A DNA stretch of 64,000 nucleotides, taken from positions 1,504,001 through 1,568,000 of the forward strand of contig CAVSGI010000010.1 of assembly GCA_963727445.1 (NCBI GenBank), given 5' to 3'. Both the position numbers and the translations under genes were made by a program. The notes beneath the pieces are model-generated. The model had not been told where the DNA came from and did no database searches. It saw only the letters and a list, made by a program, of their open reading frames with translations. Position 1 is the first letter of the stretch. Each line of letters starts with the position of its first letter. The stretch is from an uncultured delta proteobacterium. Its GTDB lineage: Bacteria; Myxococcota_A; Polyangia; Polyangiales; B10-G4. Of the stretch, positions 1-9,542 are shown in pieces.

Positions 1-285
1 CCCGACGAAGTGGGCTTGGTGGGCCGCGCAGGTGTCGACGCCGCGCATGGGCCAGGGGTCGCAGGAGGCGATCGACGCCTCGATGGGCACCTCACGCCAC
101 CCGGTCGGGCAGGGGCCGAGGGTCGGAGCGGCCGGGTCCTCGGGCGCGGTGGGGGTCAGGGGCGCCGGTCCGGTGTCCGCAGCGTCCACGCCCGAATCCG
201 CCGGGGGCGGAGGAGTCGCGTCGTCACTGCAAGCGGCGAGCACCGAGGCCAGGGCCAGGGCGGCAATCCACGCGGGGCGACCCAT
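1..285 (-). CDS. Lipoprotein, N-terminal part only (runs off left edge)
   Basis: Hand translation from ATG 285: MGRPAWIAALALASVLAAC-SDDATPPPPADSGVDAADTG...CPTGW...; lipobox LAAC; TACCAT 7 nt upstream; absent from ORF track because no stop in window. Confidence 0.75.
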   Translation of the reverse strand, partial: MGRPAWIAALALASVLAACSDDATPPPPADSGVDAADTGPAPLTPTAPEDPAAPTLGPCPTGWREVPIEASIASCDPWPMRGVDTCAAHQAHFVG

Positions 286-335
286 CCAGCCGATGGTAGC
301 GCGTTCACCGATGGTTTCGTGCCATCATCCCGCCG

Positions 336-629
336 ATGTCGGACGACGTGGAATCAGAGGACGAGCTCAGACAAGACGAGCTCGCGCGATTCGAGCCTTT
401 CGTGAACGCGGTCATCGACACCTGGACGTCCAAGGGCGTGGTCGAGATCGACGAAGCCCGACGCCCGGAGCTGGTCGAGGAGCTCAAGATGTGCGCCGGC
501 GACGCCGCCTCGCCGTACAAGATGCTCAAGGCGCTCGCCAAGCAGATCGAGGTCAGCGAGTGCGTCGAGGAGTACTACGCGAGCCGCGAGGAGCTCATCG
601 ACTTGATCCGCGACCTCGCGGACGGCTGA
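336..629 (+). CDS. Hypothetical acidic protein (97 aa)
   Basis: Natural amino-acid composition, GC3-biased codons, fills the gap between neighbours. Confidence 0.75.
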   Translation: MSDDVESEDELRQDELARFEPFVNAVIDTWTSKGVVEIDEARRPELVEELKMCAGDAASPYKMLKALAKQIEVSECVEEYYASREELIDLIRDLADG

Positions 630-639
630 AGCCGAAGCG

Positions 640-1446
640 CTACTGACACTCGGACTCGAGCATCCGCACGTGCACCGTGTCGGACTGCACGGCGACCGGG
701 TGATCGCAGAGGTCCTGCGGCGAGTGGATCCCCGCGGGATTGTCGGCCGGCACCAGGATCCCCGACCCCGCCATGAAGTAGGGGATGAGGTTCACTTGCT
801 GCGCGCGGTCGGCGGTCGCGGTGATCGACGAAATCGCCACGTCGATGCTCCCATCGGCGAGCGAGGGGAAGAGTCGATCGAAGGGCAGGTCCTGGATCTC
901 GACCTCGACGCCCATCGCCTGACCGATGGCCTCGATGATCTCCACGTCCACACCGGCGTTCTGTCCGGCCTCGTCGTGGAACTCCATCGGCGCGTACGCG
1001 ACCTCCATGCCCACCGTGAGCTTTCCGTCGGCGAGCTGGGGAACCTGATCGAGAGAGGGCGGGACCTGCGGCGCGCCCTCGACGCTGCCCACTGCGCCCG
1101 CTTCGAGGGCCCACATCTCGAGGATGCGCCGGTAGCTCCCGTCGAGGAGGATGCCGTTCAGGCCGGAGGCCACGAGCGCCGTGAGCGCGGGTGCTTCCTT
1201 ACTGGTGGCGATGGCGTAGGGTGCGACGGCGAACTGGTCGCCAACCACCTCGAGTCGGCCCGCCGACTCGCGCGCCGCGTAGGCCATCGCCGGATAGTCC
1301 CCGAGGACCGCGACCGCCTGGCCGTTGCGCATGACCTGGATGGCGTCGGGTGTGGACGGCGCCGTCTTGAGGGCGTAGCCGCTGCTCCCTCCGCCGCAGG
1401 CCATCAGGAACACGAGAAGGGCGGGAGTGAGGAGCGATCGGGTCAT
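640..1446 (-). CDS. Polar amino-acid ABC-type solute-binding lipoprotein (SBP_bac_3-like), circularly permuted
   Basis: Start MTRSLL...LMAC lipobox; contains GKLTVGMEVAYAPMEF, GVDVEI, FDRLFPSL.DG.ID, ITAT.DR, VAVQ.DT and APYAIA, DGSY..ILE.W, but the two halves are in reversed order. Confidence 0.85.
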   Translation of the reverse strand: MTRSLLTPALLVFLMACGGGSSGYALKTAPSTPDAIQVMRNGQAVAVLGDYPAMAYAARESAGRLEVVGDQFAVAPYAIATSKEAPALTALVASGLNGILLDGSYRRILEMWALEAGAVGSVEGAPQVPPSLDQVPQLADGKLTVGMEVAYAPMEFHDEAGQNAGVDVEIIEAIGQAMGVEVEIQDLPFDRLFPSLADGSIDVAISSITATADRAQQVNLIPYFMAGSGILVPADNPAGIHSPQDLCDHPVAVQSDTVHVRMLESECQ

Positions 1447-1499
1447 GGCGCAATTCTGGTGGAGCCGCGCCCGATTTGTCACGAGAACGGCGAAAGGGC

Positions 1500-2318
1500 T
1501 CAGGCGCCGTGCCGGATGAAGAGCAGATCCCGCTCGGCCTGCGGCACGTAGGTCCCGCCGCGGCCGTCGGCAAGAAGGGCGCGCCTCAGGGGCGCGAGGT
1601 CCGTTTCGTAGAACGCGTCCAGGAATTCGAGCTGCTCCTGCACCCATGCGGATTCGCGCCGGGCGCGCGGCTTTTCGACCAGGGCCGTCGCGAGCCTGAC
1701 GAGGCCACGGCGGGAGGTGCCGGCGAGCGACGTCTCGAGCTCGGCGAGGAGGGCGGCATCGAGCTGTCTCAGGCCCGTCACGCGCGAGCCGCGGGTCTTC
1801 GGCAGCTCGCCCAGGCGTGCGCGCTTGTCCTCGTGGCCGAGGAGCGCGAGGAGCGCGACCAGGGATTCGTAGGCATCGAGGGTGCGCGGGCGCGAGCGAA
1901 AGCACCCGTACCAGCGCATTTCGTGATCGGCCCATGCGTCGATGTCGGTGGTGAAGACGATCAGCGTGTGGATGTCGCGCTTCGTGACGCCGATGCAGGG
2001 ATAGAGGAACGCGTACTTCCCGTCGACGTTGAAGCGCGGCTCGAGCGAACGGATGAGCTCGTTCTCGAGCGCCAGCGCATCTTCTTCCGTCTCCTGCACG
2101 CGCACTTCCAGGAACGAGGCCGCGCGGACGATGGCGCGCATCTTCCGGTGCGCCTTCTTGCGCGTGGCGTTTCGGTAGCTCGACAGGCGCTTCTTCACGT
2201 TCTTGGCCTTGCCGACGTAGACCACGACATCGTCCTCGTCCCGGAAGAGGTAGACCGCGGGAGAGACGGGAAGGCTGGCGACGAAGTCGGGGCCGAACTT
2301 TCGGTCGAAGCGCTTCAC
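1500..2318 (-). CDS. GIY-YIG nuclease family protein (UvrC N-terminal-like domain plus unknown C-terminus)
   Basis: LPVSPAVYLF...VVYVGKAKNVKKRLSSY...ALALENELI.SLEPRFN. Confidence 0.85.
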   Translation of the reverse strand: MKRFDRKFGPDFVASLPVSPAVYLFRDEDDVVVYVGKAKNVKKRLSSYRNATRKKAHRKMRAIVRAASFLEVRVQETEEDALALENELIRSLEPRFNVDGKYAFLYPCIGVTKRDIHTLIVFTTDIDAWADHEMRWYGCFRSRPRTLDAYESLVALLALLGHEDKRARLGELPKTRGSRVTGLRQLDAALLAELETSLAGTSRRGLVRLATALVEKPRARRESAWVQEQLEFLDAFYETDLAPLRRALLADGRGGTYVPQAERDLLFIRHGA

Positions 2319-2423
2319 CGGCGGAGACTATAACGGCGCGACGCCCGTCAACGCACGTTCACACCGTGACTCGCCGGCGTCGGAGGCGGTGTCGGGTTGT
2401 GGGGAATTGCGGGCGAAAGCCAG

Positions 2424-2439
2424 CGGCACACGGGCTGCA
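2424..2439 (+). promoter_or_regulatory. Putative sigma-54 -24/-12 promoter
   Basis: CGGCACACGGGCTGCA = GG-N10-GC, 13 nt before ATG 2453. Confidence 0.45.
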
Positions 2440-2452
2440 AAGGTCGAGAGCG

Positions 2453-3364
2453 ATGCACCTTCGCATCGACTCCAGCCGCTCCTTCGCTTTCCTTTTCATC
2501 AGAGCCACCATCGCTTCGCTCACCCTCTCCTCCCTCGCCGCGTGCGGGGGGGGAGGGGGCGGCGCGCGAAGCGTCGGCCGGCCAGCGCTTCGAAGCGAGC
2601 TCACCGTCGGCGAAGAGCGCTCACTCGACGACCCGCGCCTCGGCCCCGAGATGGCGCAGCTCGGGATCTATCATGCAGGCATCTACGTCCGGAGCGCCGC
2701 GCCAGGCCTGCACCTCCTCGGTCCCCACGAGCCCGCACGCACCCCGGTGATCTTCGTGCACGGCTACGGCGGACACCCGCAGCAGCTCTCGACATTGATC
2801 CAGAGCATCGACGAGACACGGTACGAGCCGTGGATATATCAGTACCCGTCGGGCTGGCGCATCGAACGCTCGGCCCGCTCCCTCGACGCCGGCCTCGAAG
2901 CGTTGCGCGAGCGCTACGACCTCCGCGAGGTGCGCATCGTCGCCCACAGCATGGGCGGGGTCGTCGCGCGCACGGCGCTGCGACAGCGCGAAGAGCGGGG
3001 CGCAGCGCCCCTCGTCTCGTCCCTGATCACCCTGGCCTCGCCGCTCGGGGGCATGCCTTCCGCGGCCGAAGGTGCACGGCGCTCACCGATGGTGATCGCG
3101 AGCTGGATCGATCTCGATCCGGACAGCGCGCTCGTGCACTCACTCGCGCGGACCCCGCTCCCGGAGCGGACGCGATGGGTCCTGGTGAGCACCGACGACG
3201 GCGGCGGTGAGGGCGACGGCACCGTGTCCCTCACGCATCAGCTCCCGCCCGCGTGTGTCGCCGACGCCGACCGGCTGGAGCAGGTGCAGGCCACCCACAC
3301 CGGCGTCCTCGCCTCACCCGCCGTCTTCGCGATCCTCCGCGAAGAGCTCGGCGCGAGCAGCTGA
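2453..3364 (+). CDS. Alpha/beta-hydrolase (lipase/esterase-like) lipoprotein
   Basis: LAAC lipobox; PVIFVHGYGG, AHSMGG nucleophile elbow, ITLASPLGG, GDGTV, H near C-terminus. Confidence 0.85.
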   Translation: MHLRIDSSRSFAFLFIRATIASLTLSSLAACGGGGGGARSVGRPALRSELTVGEERSLDDPRLGPEMAQLGIYHAGIYVRSAAPGLHLLGPHEPARTPVIFVHGYGGHPQQLSTLIQSIDETRYEPWIYQYPSGWRIERSARSLDAGLEALRERYDLREVRIVAHSMGGVVARTALRQREERGAAPLVSSLITLASPLGGMPSAAEGARRSPMVIASWIDLDPDSALVHSLARTPLPERTRWVLVSTDDGGGEGDGTVSLTHQLPPACVADADRLEQVQATHTGVLASPAVFAILREELGASS

Positions 3365-3425
3365 GGCCGCAGCCCCGGCGACGTGCCCGTCAACTCCGAC
3401 TCATGCGACGTAGACCTCCACGAGG

Positions 3426-4349
3426 TCACGGATGCGCGAGCGCGTAGAGCGTGGTTGCGTCGAGGGGAGCCCGATAGATGCGTACGTCGTCCAGCGCTCC
3501 GTCGAAGAAGTGCACCTCCGTGCCCAGGTCCTCGTCGACCCCCATGAGGACGTCGGTTCCCGTGAACGTGGGGTTCGCCGGGGTGGACCCAAGGAGTGTG
3601 CCGTCCAGGTATAGGGACAGATTCGTTCCATCCCATGTCGCGGCAAGGTGCATCCACACCCCCGCGGCGGCAACACCAGACGCCGATACGCTATCGTCGC
3701 GAGTGCCGTTGTAGCTGCTGACCCTCGGTACCCCGTCGACCAAGTAGAGCTCCCAGGTGTTGTTGGGGCTGCCTGGACCGAGGGGCTTCGCCAAGAGATG
3801 TCGGACGCCGGTGCTCGAACCAAGAACAGGGCGGAACCAGAGGCTCAGGGTGAAGCCGGCTGTGGTCTCGAGCTCCGCCGAGGACGCGACGCGCACGCCT
3901 GCCGAAACTCCGTCGAAGGCGTACGCCGCGCCTAGTTCTCCAGCAACCAACACTGGGCAGGTCGAGCCCACGGTGCAACTCCCCGTGTGGCCGTGACCCG
4001 TGGCGTCGACGACCGACCCGCCGACCGCATCGGCATCCATGGGGTACCACGCGACGAGCAAAGGGTCGCTCGCCCCGGTGTCAACGCTGCCATCCTGCGC
4101 AACGGCGTCCGTTCGGCCATCCGGCCCTGCAGCATCAGTCAGAGGTGCCCCATCGACGAGCCCTGTATCGAGTCCAGGCGTCCTGGCGTCCGTCATCCGT
4201 CCGCCGGCATCATCGGGAACCGTGTCGTAGTCTAGGCGCCCGCAGGCCGCGATTGAGAGCGAGAGTGTGAACGCGAGGCTCCGCAGGAACAGCCGTGCGC
4301 TCCTGTCATCGGCGCCCTCCTCGGCACGTTCATCAAACCGCTTCGACAC
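3426..4349 (-). CDS. LamG/concanavalin-like domain lipoprotein
   Basis: IAACGRLDYD lipobox; LVAWYPMD, AYAFDG, FTLSLWF, WMHLAATWDG..LSLYLDG, FFDGALDDVRIY..PL. Confidence 0.85.
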   Translation of the reverse strand: MSKRFDERAEEGADDRSARLFLRSLAFTLSLSIAACGRLDYDTVPDDAGGRMTDARTPGLDTGLVDGAPLTDAAGPDGRTDAVAQDGSVDTGASDPLLVAWYPMDADAVGGSVVDATGHGHTGSCTVGSTCPVLVAGELGAAYAFDGVSAGVRVASSAELETTAGFTLSLWFRPVLGSSTGVRHLLAKPLGPGSPNNTWELYLVDGVPRVSSYNGTRDDSVSASGVAAAGVWMHLAATWDGTNLSLYLDGTLLGSTPANPTFTGTDVLMGVDEDLGTEVHFFDGALDDVRIYRAPLDATTLYALAHP

Positions 4350-7128
4350 GTCGAACGATCCCCCCGAGCGCGTAACCCTCGTCGGTGGTGAGGAGGCGCG
4401 TGGGTGTCGATGGATCGTCCTCGATCACCTTGCGCAGAGAGCGGATGGACACGTGCAGTTTGGAGTCGTGCTTGAGGGGGTGGTACTCGGCCTCGCCCCA
4501 GGCGTCGCAGATCAGCTCCTCCTTGCTCGCCTCTCCACCGCGGTCTGCGAGCGTGGTCAGCACGCGAAAGAGGAGCATCTTTCTCTGCAGAGAAACGATC
4601 TTGCCGTCGGGGAGCCAGACGGCCGCGTTGACGGCGTCCAAGCCCCACCCGGCTGCCCATTCCGTGGGGGCACCGCTCACGATCTGCACTGCCCGCCCGT
4701 CCCAAGCGGTGCGGGCCGCGGCGAGGACGAGCTCGTCGCCGGTGTCCAGAGCCGGGTTGCCACCGAGGAGTGCGCGCGCTCTGCGCGCCACCACCGGCGC
4801 AACCGTCATCTGGCTCGCGAGGCGTTCGAGTACGCCAGCTTCGGCGAGGCCTTCGTAGAACGCGGCGTGATGGAGCAGGCGCGCGGAGCCCAACGACTCA
4901 CCCAACGCGGCGATCGCTTCCGTCGTCTCTTCGAGCTCCGAGACGTGCAGGCCGGCCCAGAGCGCGTCCGCCAGCACCAGAAGCGCATCGGCTTCGATCA
5001 AGCGGAGCTCCGCTGTGGCGGCCTCACGCCTCGCGGCGCGCGCCAGATCGATGGCCTCGAGGACGTTGCCGGCGAAGAGCGACGTGCGCGCCTCCTCCAA
5101 GCGCTCCCTGACGTGGACCTCGTCAGCCGGCTCCCACACCGAAGCACCGTCGGTGGTCATGTCGCCGTCGGTCGCGGTATGGCTCTGGCCGTTCAGATCC
5201 TTGAGGCGATCCCCGAGATCGACCAGTCGTCTCGCGACGCCGATGTCGGCGTCCCTGGCCAGCTCGACCCCTCGCTCGAGAACGTCGGCCAGCCCCTCGA
5301 GGTCACCGGTGGCGAGCCTGCGGGACCCGTCGAGCTCGATGACGAACGGCCGGAGGATCGACGTACCCCGCGCGTAGGGCCGGACGAGCTCGAGGAGGCG
5401 TTCGACCTCCGCGAGGTTGCCGAGATCGAGGTGGAGGCGCGCGCGAAGCAACAAGGCCCGACGAGCCACCAGGAGCCGCGCGCGCCCCCCTCGCGGCGTC
5501 GCGAGCACGCGGTCCACGAGTGCGTCGGCGCGCCTTCGCTCGCCCAGTCGATAGTAAGCGGTCGCGACGTCGAGCAGCGCCTCCGGATCTGTCTGCCCTT
5601 CACCCGAAGAGAGCATCGCGGAGCACCGCGCGGCGGCGCCTTCGCCGTCGAGGCACGCGTCGACCAGGACCGACAGCGCACGCAGAGACCAGTCGCCTCC
5701 CGTGGACGCGCCCATGCCCGAGAGCTCGGCTGCGGCCTCGGTGGCGCGGCCGAGGTGGAGCAGACATCGGGCCGCGAGTATGCGGGCTTCCGTGCTCGTC
5801 TCGCAATCGGATGAGCCGTCCGCGATCGAAAGCGCGAGACGTCGCGCCTCCTCCCGCTCGCCGAGAAGGTACTGTGTATGCGCCCACGCGAGTTGGTCGT
5901 CCTCGCTCACGAGCTCGGGTGGATGGACCGCGGAGAGGACGGTCGCGTTGCCGAGCTCGGCGGCACAACGGAGCTGCCACAGCCCCAGCCGCCGGTCCGT
6001 GGCTGCACCGACGATCGCCCACACCCTTGGCGCAAACCCCAACGCCATCAGCTCGTCTCCACGTGCCGTGAGCAGCTCGACGAGGGTGTCGACGTTCCCG
6101 AGCGTCCAGTGAAGACGCAAGGCCTCGAGCGTGGCTTCGGGCTCGGCGCGCTCCGCCAACGCCTGAGCGAGCCGGCCGCGCTCGGCCGCCTCGGCGGCAT
6201 CTCCTCCGTCACCGGAGGGGAAGAGGTGCTCGGCGACGAGATCGTGAACGCTCCAGCCGTCGCCCACCGACACCAGCAATCCGCGCGTGGCCAGCGAGCG
6301 TAGCTCCTCTTTTGGGGGAAGAGCCTGAAACGACGCGATGGTCTCGCTGCTCAGATCGGATTCGACCAGCGTGAGGACGCGCAGGAGGCGACGCGCCTCC
6401 TCGGACATCGAAGACAGAACGCCCTCCCGACTGAGGGCCACTCCCTCGGCCCCGGCAGCCATGTACTGCTTGAGCAGCCACGGCGAACCGGCCGATGCGC
6501 TGATCGCCTGCTGGACGTCGTCGGGCGTCCGGCCCGGATCGATGGCCCGCGCGAGCTCGGCCAGCGTCGCGCCCGCGAGGCGATCGAGATCGAGGCTCCG
6601 ACCTTCGAGCTCCGGGAGCTCACGCCGCGAGCGCGTCGTCACGATCCAGCGGCTCTGGCGCGCATACGAAGCGAGCTGGCGTAGGAGCTCGTCCATCTCC
6701 GCGTCGTCGCTGTGCTGCAGATCGTCGAGGACCACCCAGAGCGACCCTTCTTCTGCGAGATCGAGGGCGAGCGTCGTCAGCTCCTCGGGGTCGCCGCGCA
6801 GACCTGCGATGTCCACGTCGTCGCGCGCGCCGGTGGCCACCGCGAGCACGTGCGCGATTGTGAGCCTCACCTGGTCGGGCGGTTCACCGGGAGGAATCGG
6901 CAGAAACACCGTTCGCTCCACCTCGGCGGCAAAGGCGCTTGCCAGGGTGTGAAGCACCAGGGAGGTCTTGCCGAGCCCGCCCGGCCCCCGTACGAGGGCG
7001 AGGGGCGTTCGTTCGAGCGTAGACACCAGCCACGCAATCTCGTCCTCCCGACCTACGAAGAGCGGAGACGGGTTGGGTAGCCGGTACTTGAGAGGAATGC
7101 CGGAGCGCCGAGAAGACCGCCGCGCCAT
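4333..7128 (-). CDS. STAND-like AAA ATPase / helical repeat / C-terminal OmpR-type winged-helix transcriptional regulator
   Basis: FVGREDE, Walker A GPGGLGKT, Walker B VVLDDLQ; C-terminal SKEELICDAWG...LHVSIRSLRKVIEDDPS.P..LLT..GY; TATAGT 7 nt before ATG 7128. Confidence 0.85.
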   Translation of the reverse strand: MARRSSRRSGIPLKYRLPNPSPLFVGREDEIAWLVSTLERTPLALVRGPGGLGKTSLVLHTLASAFAAEVERTVFLPIPPGEPPDQVRLTIAHVLAVATGARDDVDIAGLRGDPEELTTLALDLAEEGSLWVVLDDLQHSDDAEMDELLRQLASYARQSRWIVTTRSRRELPELEGRSLDLDRLAGATLAELARAIDPGRTPDDVQQAISASAGSPWLLKQYMAAGAEGVALSREGVLSSMSEEARRLLRVLTLVESDLSSETIASFQALPPKEELRSLATRGLLVSVGDGWSVHDLVAEHLFPSGDGGDAAEAAERGRLAQALAERAEPEATLEALRLHWTLGNVDTLVELLTARGDELMALGFAPRVWAIVGAATDRRLGLWQLRCAAELGNATVLSAVHPPELVSEDDQLAWAHTQYLLGEREEARRLALSIADGSSDCETSTEARILAARCLLHLGRATEAAAELSGMGASTGGDWSLRALSVLVDACLDGEGAAARCSAMLSSGEGQTDPEALLDVATAYYRLGERRRADALVDRVLATPRGGRARLLVARRALLLRARLHLDLGNLAEVERLLELVRPYARGTSILRPFVIELDGSRRLATGDLEGLADVLERGVELARDADIGVARRLVDLGDRLKDLNGQSHTATDGDMTTDGASVWEPADEVHVRERLEEARTSLFAGNVLEAIDLARAARREAATAELRLIEADALLVLADALWAGLHVSELEETTEAIAALGESLGSARLLHHAAFYEGLAEAGVLERLASQMTVAPVVARRARALLGGNPALDTGDELVLAAARTAWDGRAVQIVSGAPTEWAAGWGLDAVNAAVWLPDGKIVSLQRKMLLFRVLTTLADRGGEASKEELICDAWGEAEYHPLKHDSKLHVSIRSLRKVIEDDPSTPTRLLTTDEGYALGGIVRRVEAV

Positions 7129-7150
7129 GGCGCGCACTATACCGCCGAAA

Positions 7151-8701
7151 TCAATTGAAGCGCGGGAAGCTGGTCGACTTCTCGGGCTCGCGGGTGGCCA
7201 TCGACCGCAATCTCATCGTCGGGCGCGCACGGGGCGCGCGGGTGAGGGAGTAGTGGAGGCGCTGATCGAGGTCTGGCGAGACCTCGACGCTCAGCGGTCG
7301 AAAGCCCACGCGTGACAGGGTCATGGGCACCGGGACCTCCGAGCGGCCCAGCGCGATCTCGAGAGGCGTCTGGCCGCGATCGACCCCGTCGATGGAGACC
7401 GACGCCCCCGGAGGACTGGTATCGACGTGGAGCGTCACCGTGGAAGGCCGCTCTGACTCGGCGGCGCGCTCCGGTCCGGCGGTCCGGGGTGGCACCGATT
7501 CGACGGTCTCGGAGGGAGCAGATGCCGAGTCCTTCGTGGCGACCCAGGTCGCGCCCACCGCGGCGACGGTCGCGATGGCGGCGGCGATGGCCAGGACGAT
7601 GACGACGCGAGGAGACCGTGTCGGGGAAGACGGCGGGGGCTCGGGCAAAGTGGTCACCAAGACCGAGGGGATCTGTACGTCCTTGTCCACCTCCGCTGAC
7701 GGCACCTGGCTCAGCGCACCTCCGATGGACACGCGGCGGAGCATCTCCTGCTTGTCCGCCATGCGGTCGGCGAAGAGCTCCATCATGAGCGCTCCGAGGT
7801 CCCTTTCGAGGTCCCACGGCGCCGAGCTCTGGCGAATCGCGGCGAGGAGCTCGTCGCGCATCGTGGCCATGTCCGGGTACCGGTCCGCCGGCTCACGCGA
7901 CAGCGCCTTCATGCATATGCGCTCGAAGCTCTCGGGGAGGTCCGGGACGATACTGGACGGTTTCGGAATCGCTGCCTCGCGCACCGCGCGCAAGCTCGCC
8001 AGGCGCGTCGCGCGGCGGAAGACTCGACGGCCGGTCATCAGCTCGTAGAGCACGATCCCCAGAGCGAAGACGTCGCTTCGCCTGTCGAGAGGCTCTCCCA
8101 TCGACTGCTCCGGGGACATGTATTCGAACTTTCCCTTGAGCTCGCCCGCCTCCGTGACGGAGATGCTGTCCGCGGCCTTCGCGATGCCGAAGTCCATCAC
8201 CTTCACGTTGCCGCGATAGGTGATGAAGATGTTCTGCGGCGAGATGTCTCGGTGCACGATGTTCAGAGGGCTTCCATCGATGTCGGTCATCTCGTGCGCT
8301 GCATGAAGCCCCGCAGCCGCCTCCGCCACGATGAAAGCCGCCTGCTCGATCCGGAGGGGCACTCCCCGAGAACAGAGTCGACGCTGCAAGCTGGAGAGCG
8401 ACTCGCCCTCGACGTACTCCATGACGAGAAAGAGCTGCACTCCTTCCTGTCCCAGCTCCTGGTGCTGGACGACGTTCGGATGGTTGATGCGCGCCGCGAT
8501 TCGCGCTTCGTCCAAGAACATGTCCACGAAGGTCGGGAGCTCGGCGTACGTGGGGAGGATGCGCTTGATCACCACGGAGCGCTCGAACCCGCTGGGGCCG
8601 GTCAGTCGACCGAGGAGGATCTCCGCCATGCCTCCCTGGGCCAACTTGCCGACCACCTCGTAGCGGCCGATCCTGCTGGGTGCTCCTGCAGGTGCGTTCA
8701 T
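7151..8701 (-). CDS. Ser/Thr protein kinase with TM segment and PEGA domain
   Basis: GRYEVVGKLAQGGMAE, HRDISPQN, DFGIAK, GKFEYMSPEQ, SDVFALG; TM helix; VDTSPPGASVSIDG..RGQTP. Confidence 0.92.
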   Translation of the reverse strand: MNAPAGAPSRIGRYEVVGKLAQGGMAEILLGRLTGPSGFERSVVIKRILPTYAELPTFVDMFLDEARIAARINHPNVVQHQELGQEGVQLFLVMEYVEGESLSSLQRRLCSRGVPLRIEQAAFIVAEAAAGLHAAHEMTDIDGSPLNIVHRDISPQNIFITYRGNVKVMDFGIAKAADSISVTEAGELKGKFEYMSPEQSMGEPLDRRSDVFALGIVLYELMTGRRVFRRATRLASLRAVREAAIPKPSSIVPDLPESFERICMKALSREPADRYPDMATMRDELLAAIRQSSAPWDLERDLGALMMELFADRMADKQEMLRRVSIGGALSQVPSAEVDKDVQIPSVLVTTLPEPPPSSPTRSPRVVIVLAIAAAIATVAAVGATWVATKDSASAPSETVESVPPRTAGPERAAESERPSTVTLHVDTSPPGASVSIDGVDRGQTPLEIALGRSEVPVPMTLSRVGFRPLSVEVSPDLDQRLHYSLTRAPRARPTMRLRSMATREPEKSTSFPRFN

Positions 8702-8728
8702 CGCCGTGCCCGCGGTATGATAACAGAG

Positions 8729-9478
8729 ATGACGCGCACCGGGTTCGTGATGGCCACCCTCCTCTTTGGCGTCGTCGTGGTGGTTCCTGCACATCCTGTG
8801 GAGGCGCAAGGTGAACGTGGCGCCGAGGAGCGGGCGCTCGAGCTGACGCGCGAAGCGCAGGCTCGCTACGACGAAGGGGATCTGGAGGCGGCGATCGCGC
8901 TCTTGTTGGAGGCGCGCGAGCTCTATCCGGAGCCGCTGATCTCCTACAATCTCGCTCGCGCATACGAGGCCGCCGGCAACGAGCGCGCCGCCCTCCAAGC
9001 CTACGAGCGGTACGTCGAAGAGCAGCCGGACGCGCCCGATCGCCCGGCGATGGAGGCGCACATCGAGCGACTTCGTGCACAAATGGCGGAGCGAGACAGA
9101 CTCGCACGCGAGCGTGAACAGGAGCGCCGGCGTCGGGAGGCCGCGGAGCGACGAGCGCGAGAACGCGGCGTGAACCCGTGGCCCTGGGTGCTGGTCGCGA
9201 CCGGGGGAGCCGCACTGGGTGCGGGGCTGGTCCTCGGCGTGGTCGCGCAGTCTCAGCGGGACGCAGCCGCCGAGGACCCCGTTCACGTGACGACCGTCTC
9301 CAGCTTCGAGGAAGCACGAGCCTTCGCGACCGCTGCCAACGTGCTCTTCGTCGTCGGGGGAGTGCTGGCCCTGGGCGGAGCAATCTGGCTCGTGGTGAAC
9401 CTCGTCAGCGGGGACGACGAGGAGCGTATCGAGGTCGGGCTCTCGCCCGGCGGTGTCGCGGTGCGGGGCCGATGGTAG
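8729..9478 (+). CDS. Exported TPR protein with C-terminal membrane segments (myxobacterial type)
   Basis: Signal peptide; YDEGDLEAAI...YNLARAYE..G...AL..YERY; two hydrophobic helices; ends VRGRW. Confidence 0.8.
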   Translation: MTRTGFVMATLLFGVVVVVPAHPVEAQGERGAEERALELTREAQARYDEGDLEAAIALLLEARELYPEPLISYNLARAYEAAGNERAALQAYERYVEEQPDAPDRPAMEAHIERLRAQMAERDRLAREREQERRRREAAERRARERGVNPWPWVLVATGGAALGAGLVLGVVAQSQRDAAAEDPVHVTTVSSFEEARAFATAANVLFVVGGVLALGGAIWLVVNLVSGDDEERIEVGLSPGGVAVRGRW

Positions 9479-9542
9479 CGACGAAATCTACGTGAGAGGA
9501 ATCAGCCACCGCATGGTTGAGCTGCGCTGAGCACCACCCGAC

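Noticed and set aside
4267..5814. Long antisense or alternate-frame ORFs (also 12613-14352, 33481-35793, 36629-38143, 44576-46261, 59841-61127 and others)
   Set aside because: These are shadow ORFs typical of high-GC DNA. They overlap well-supported genes and are R/A/G/P-rich or mirror-codon without motifs.
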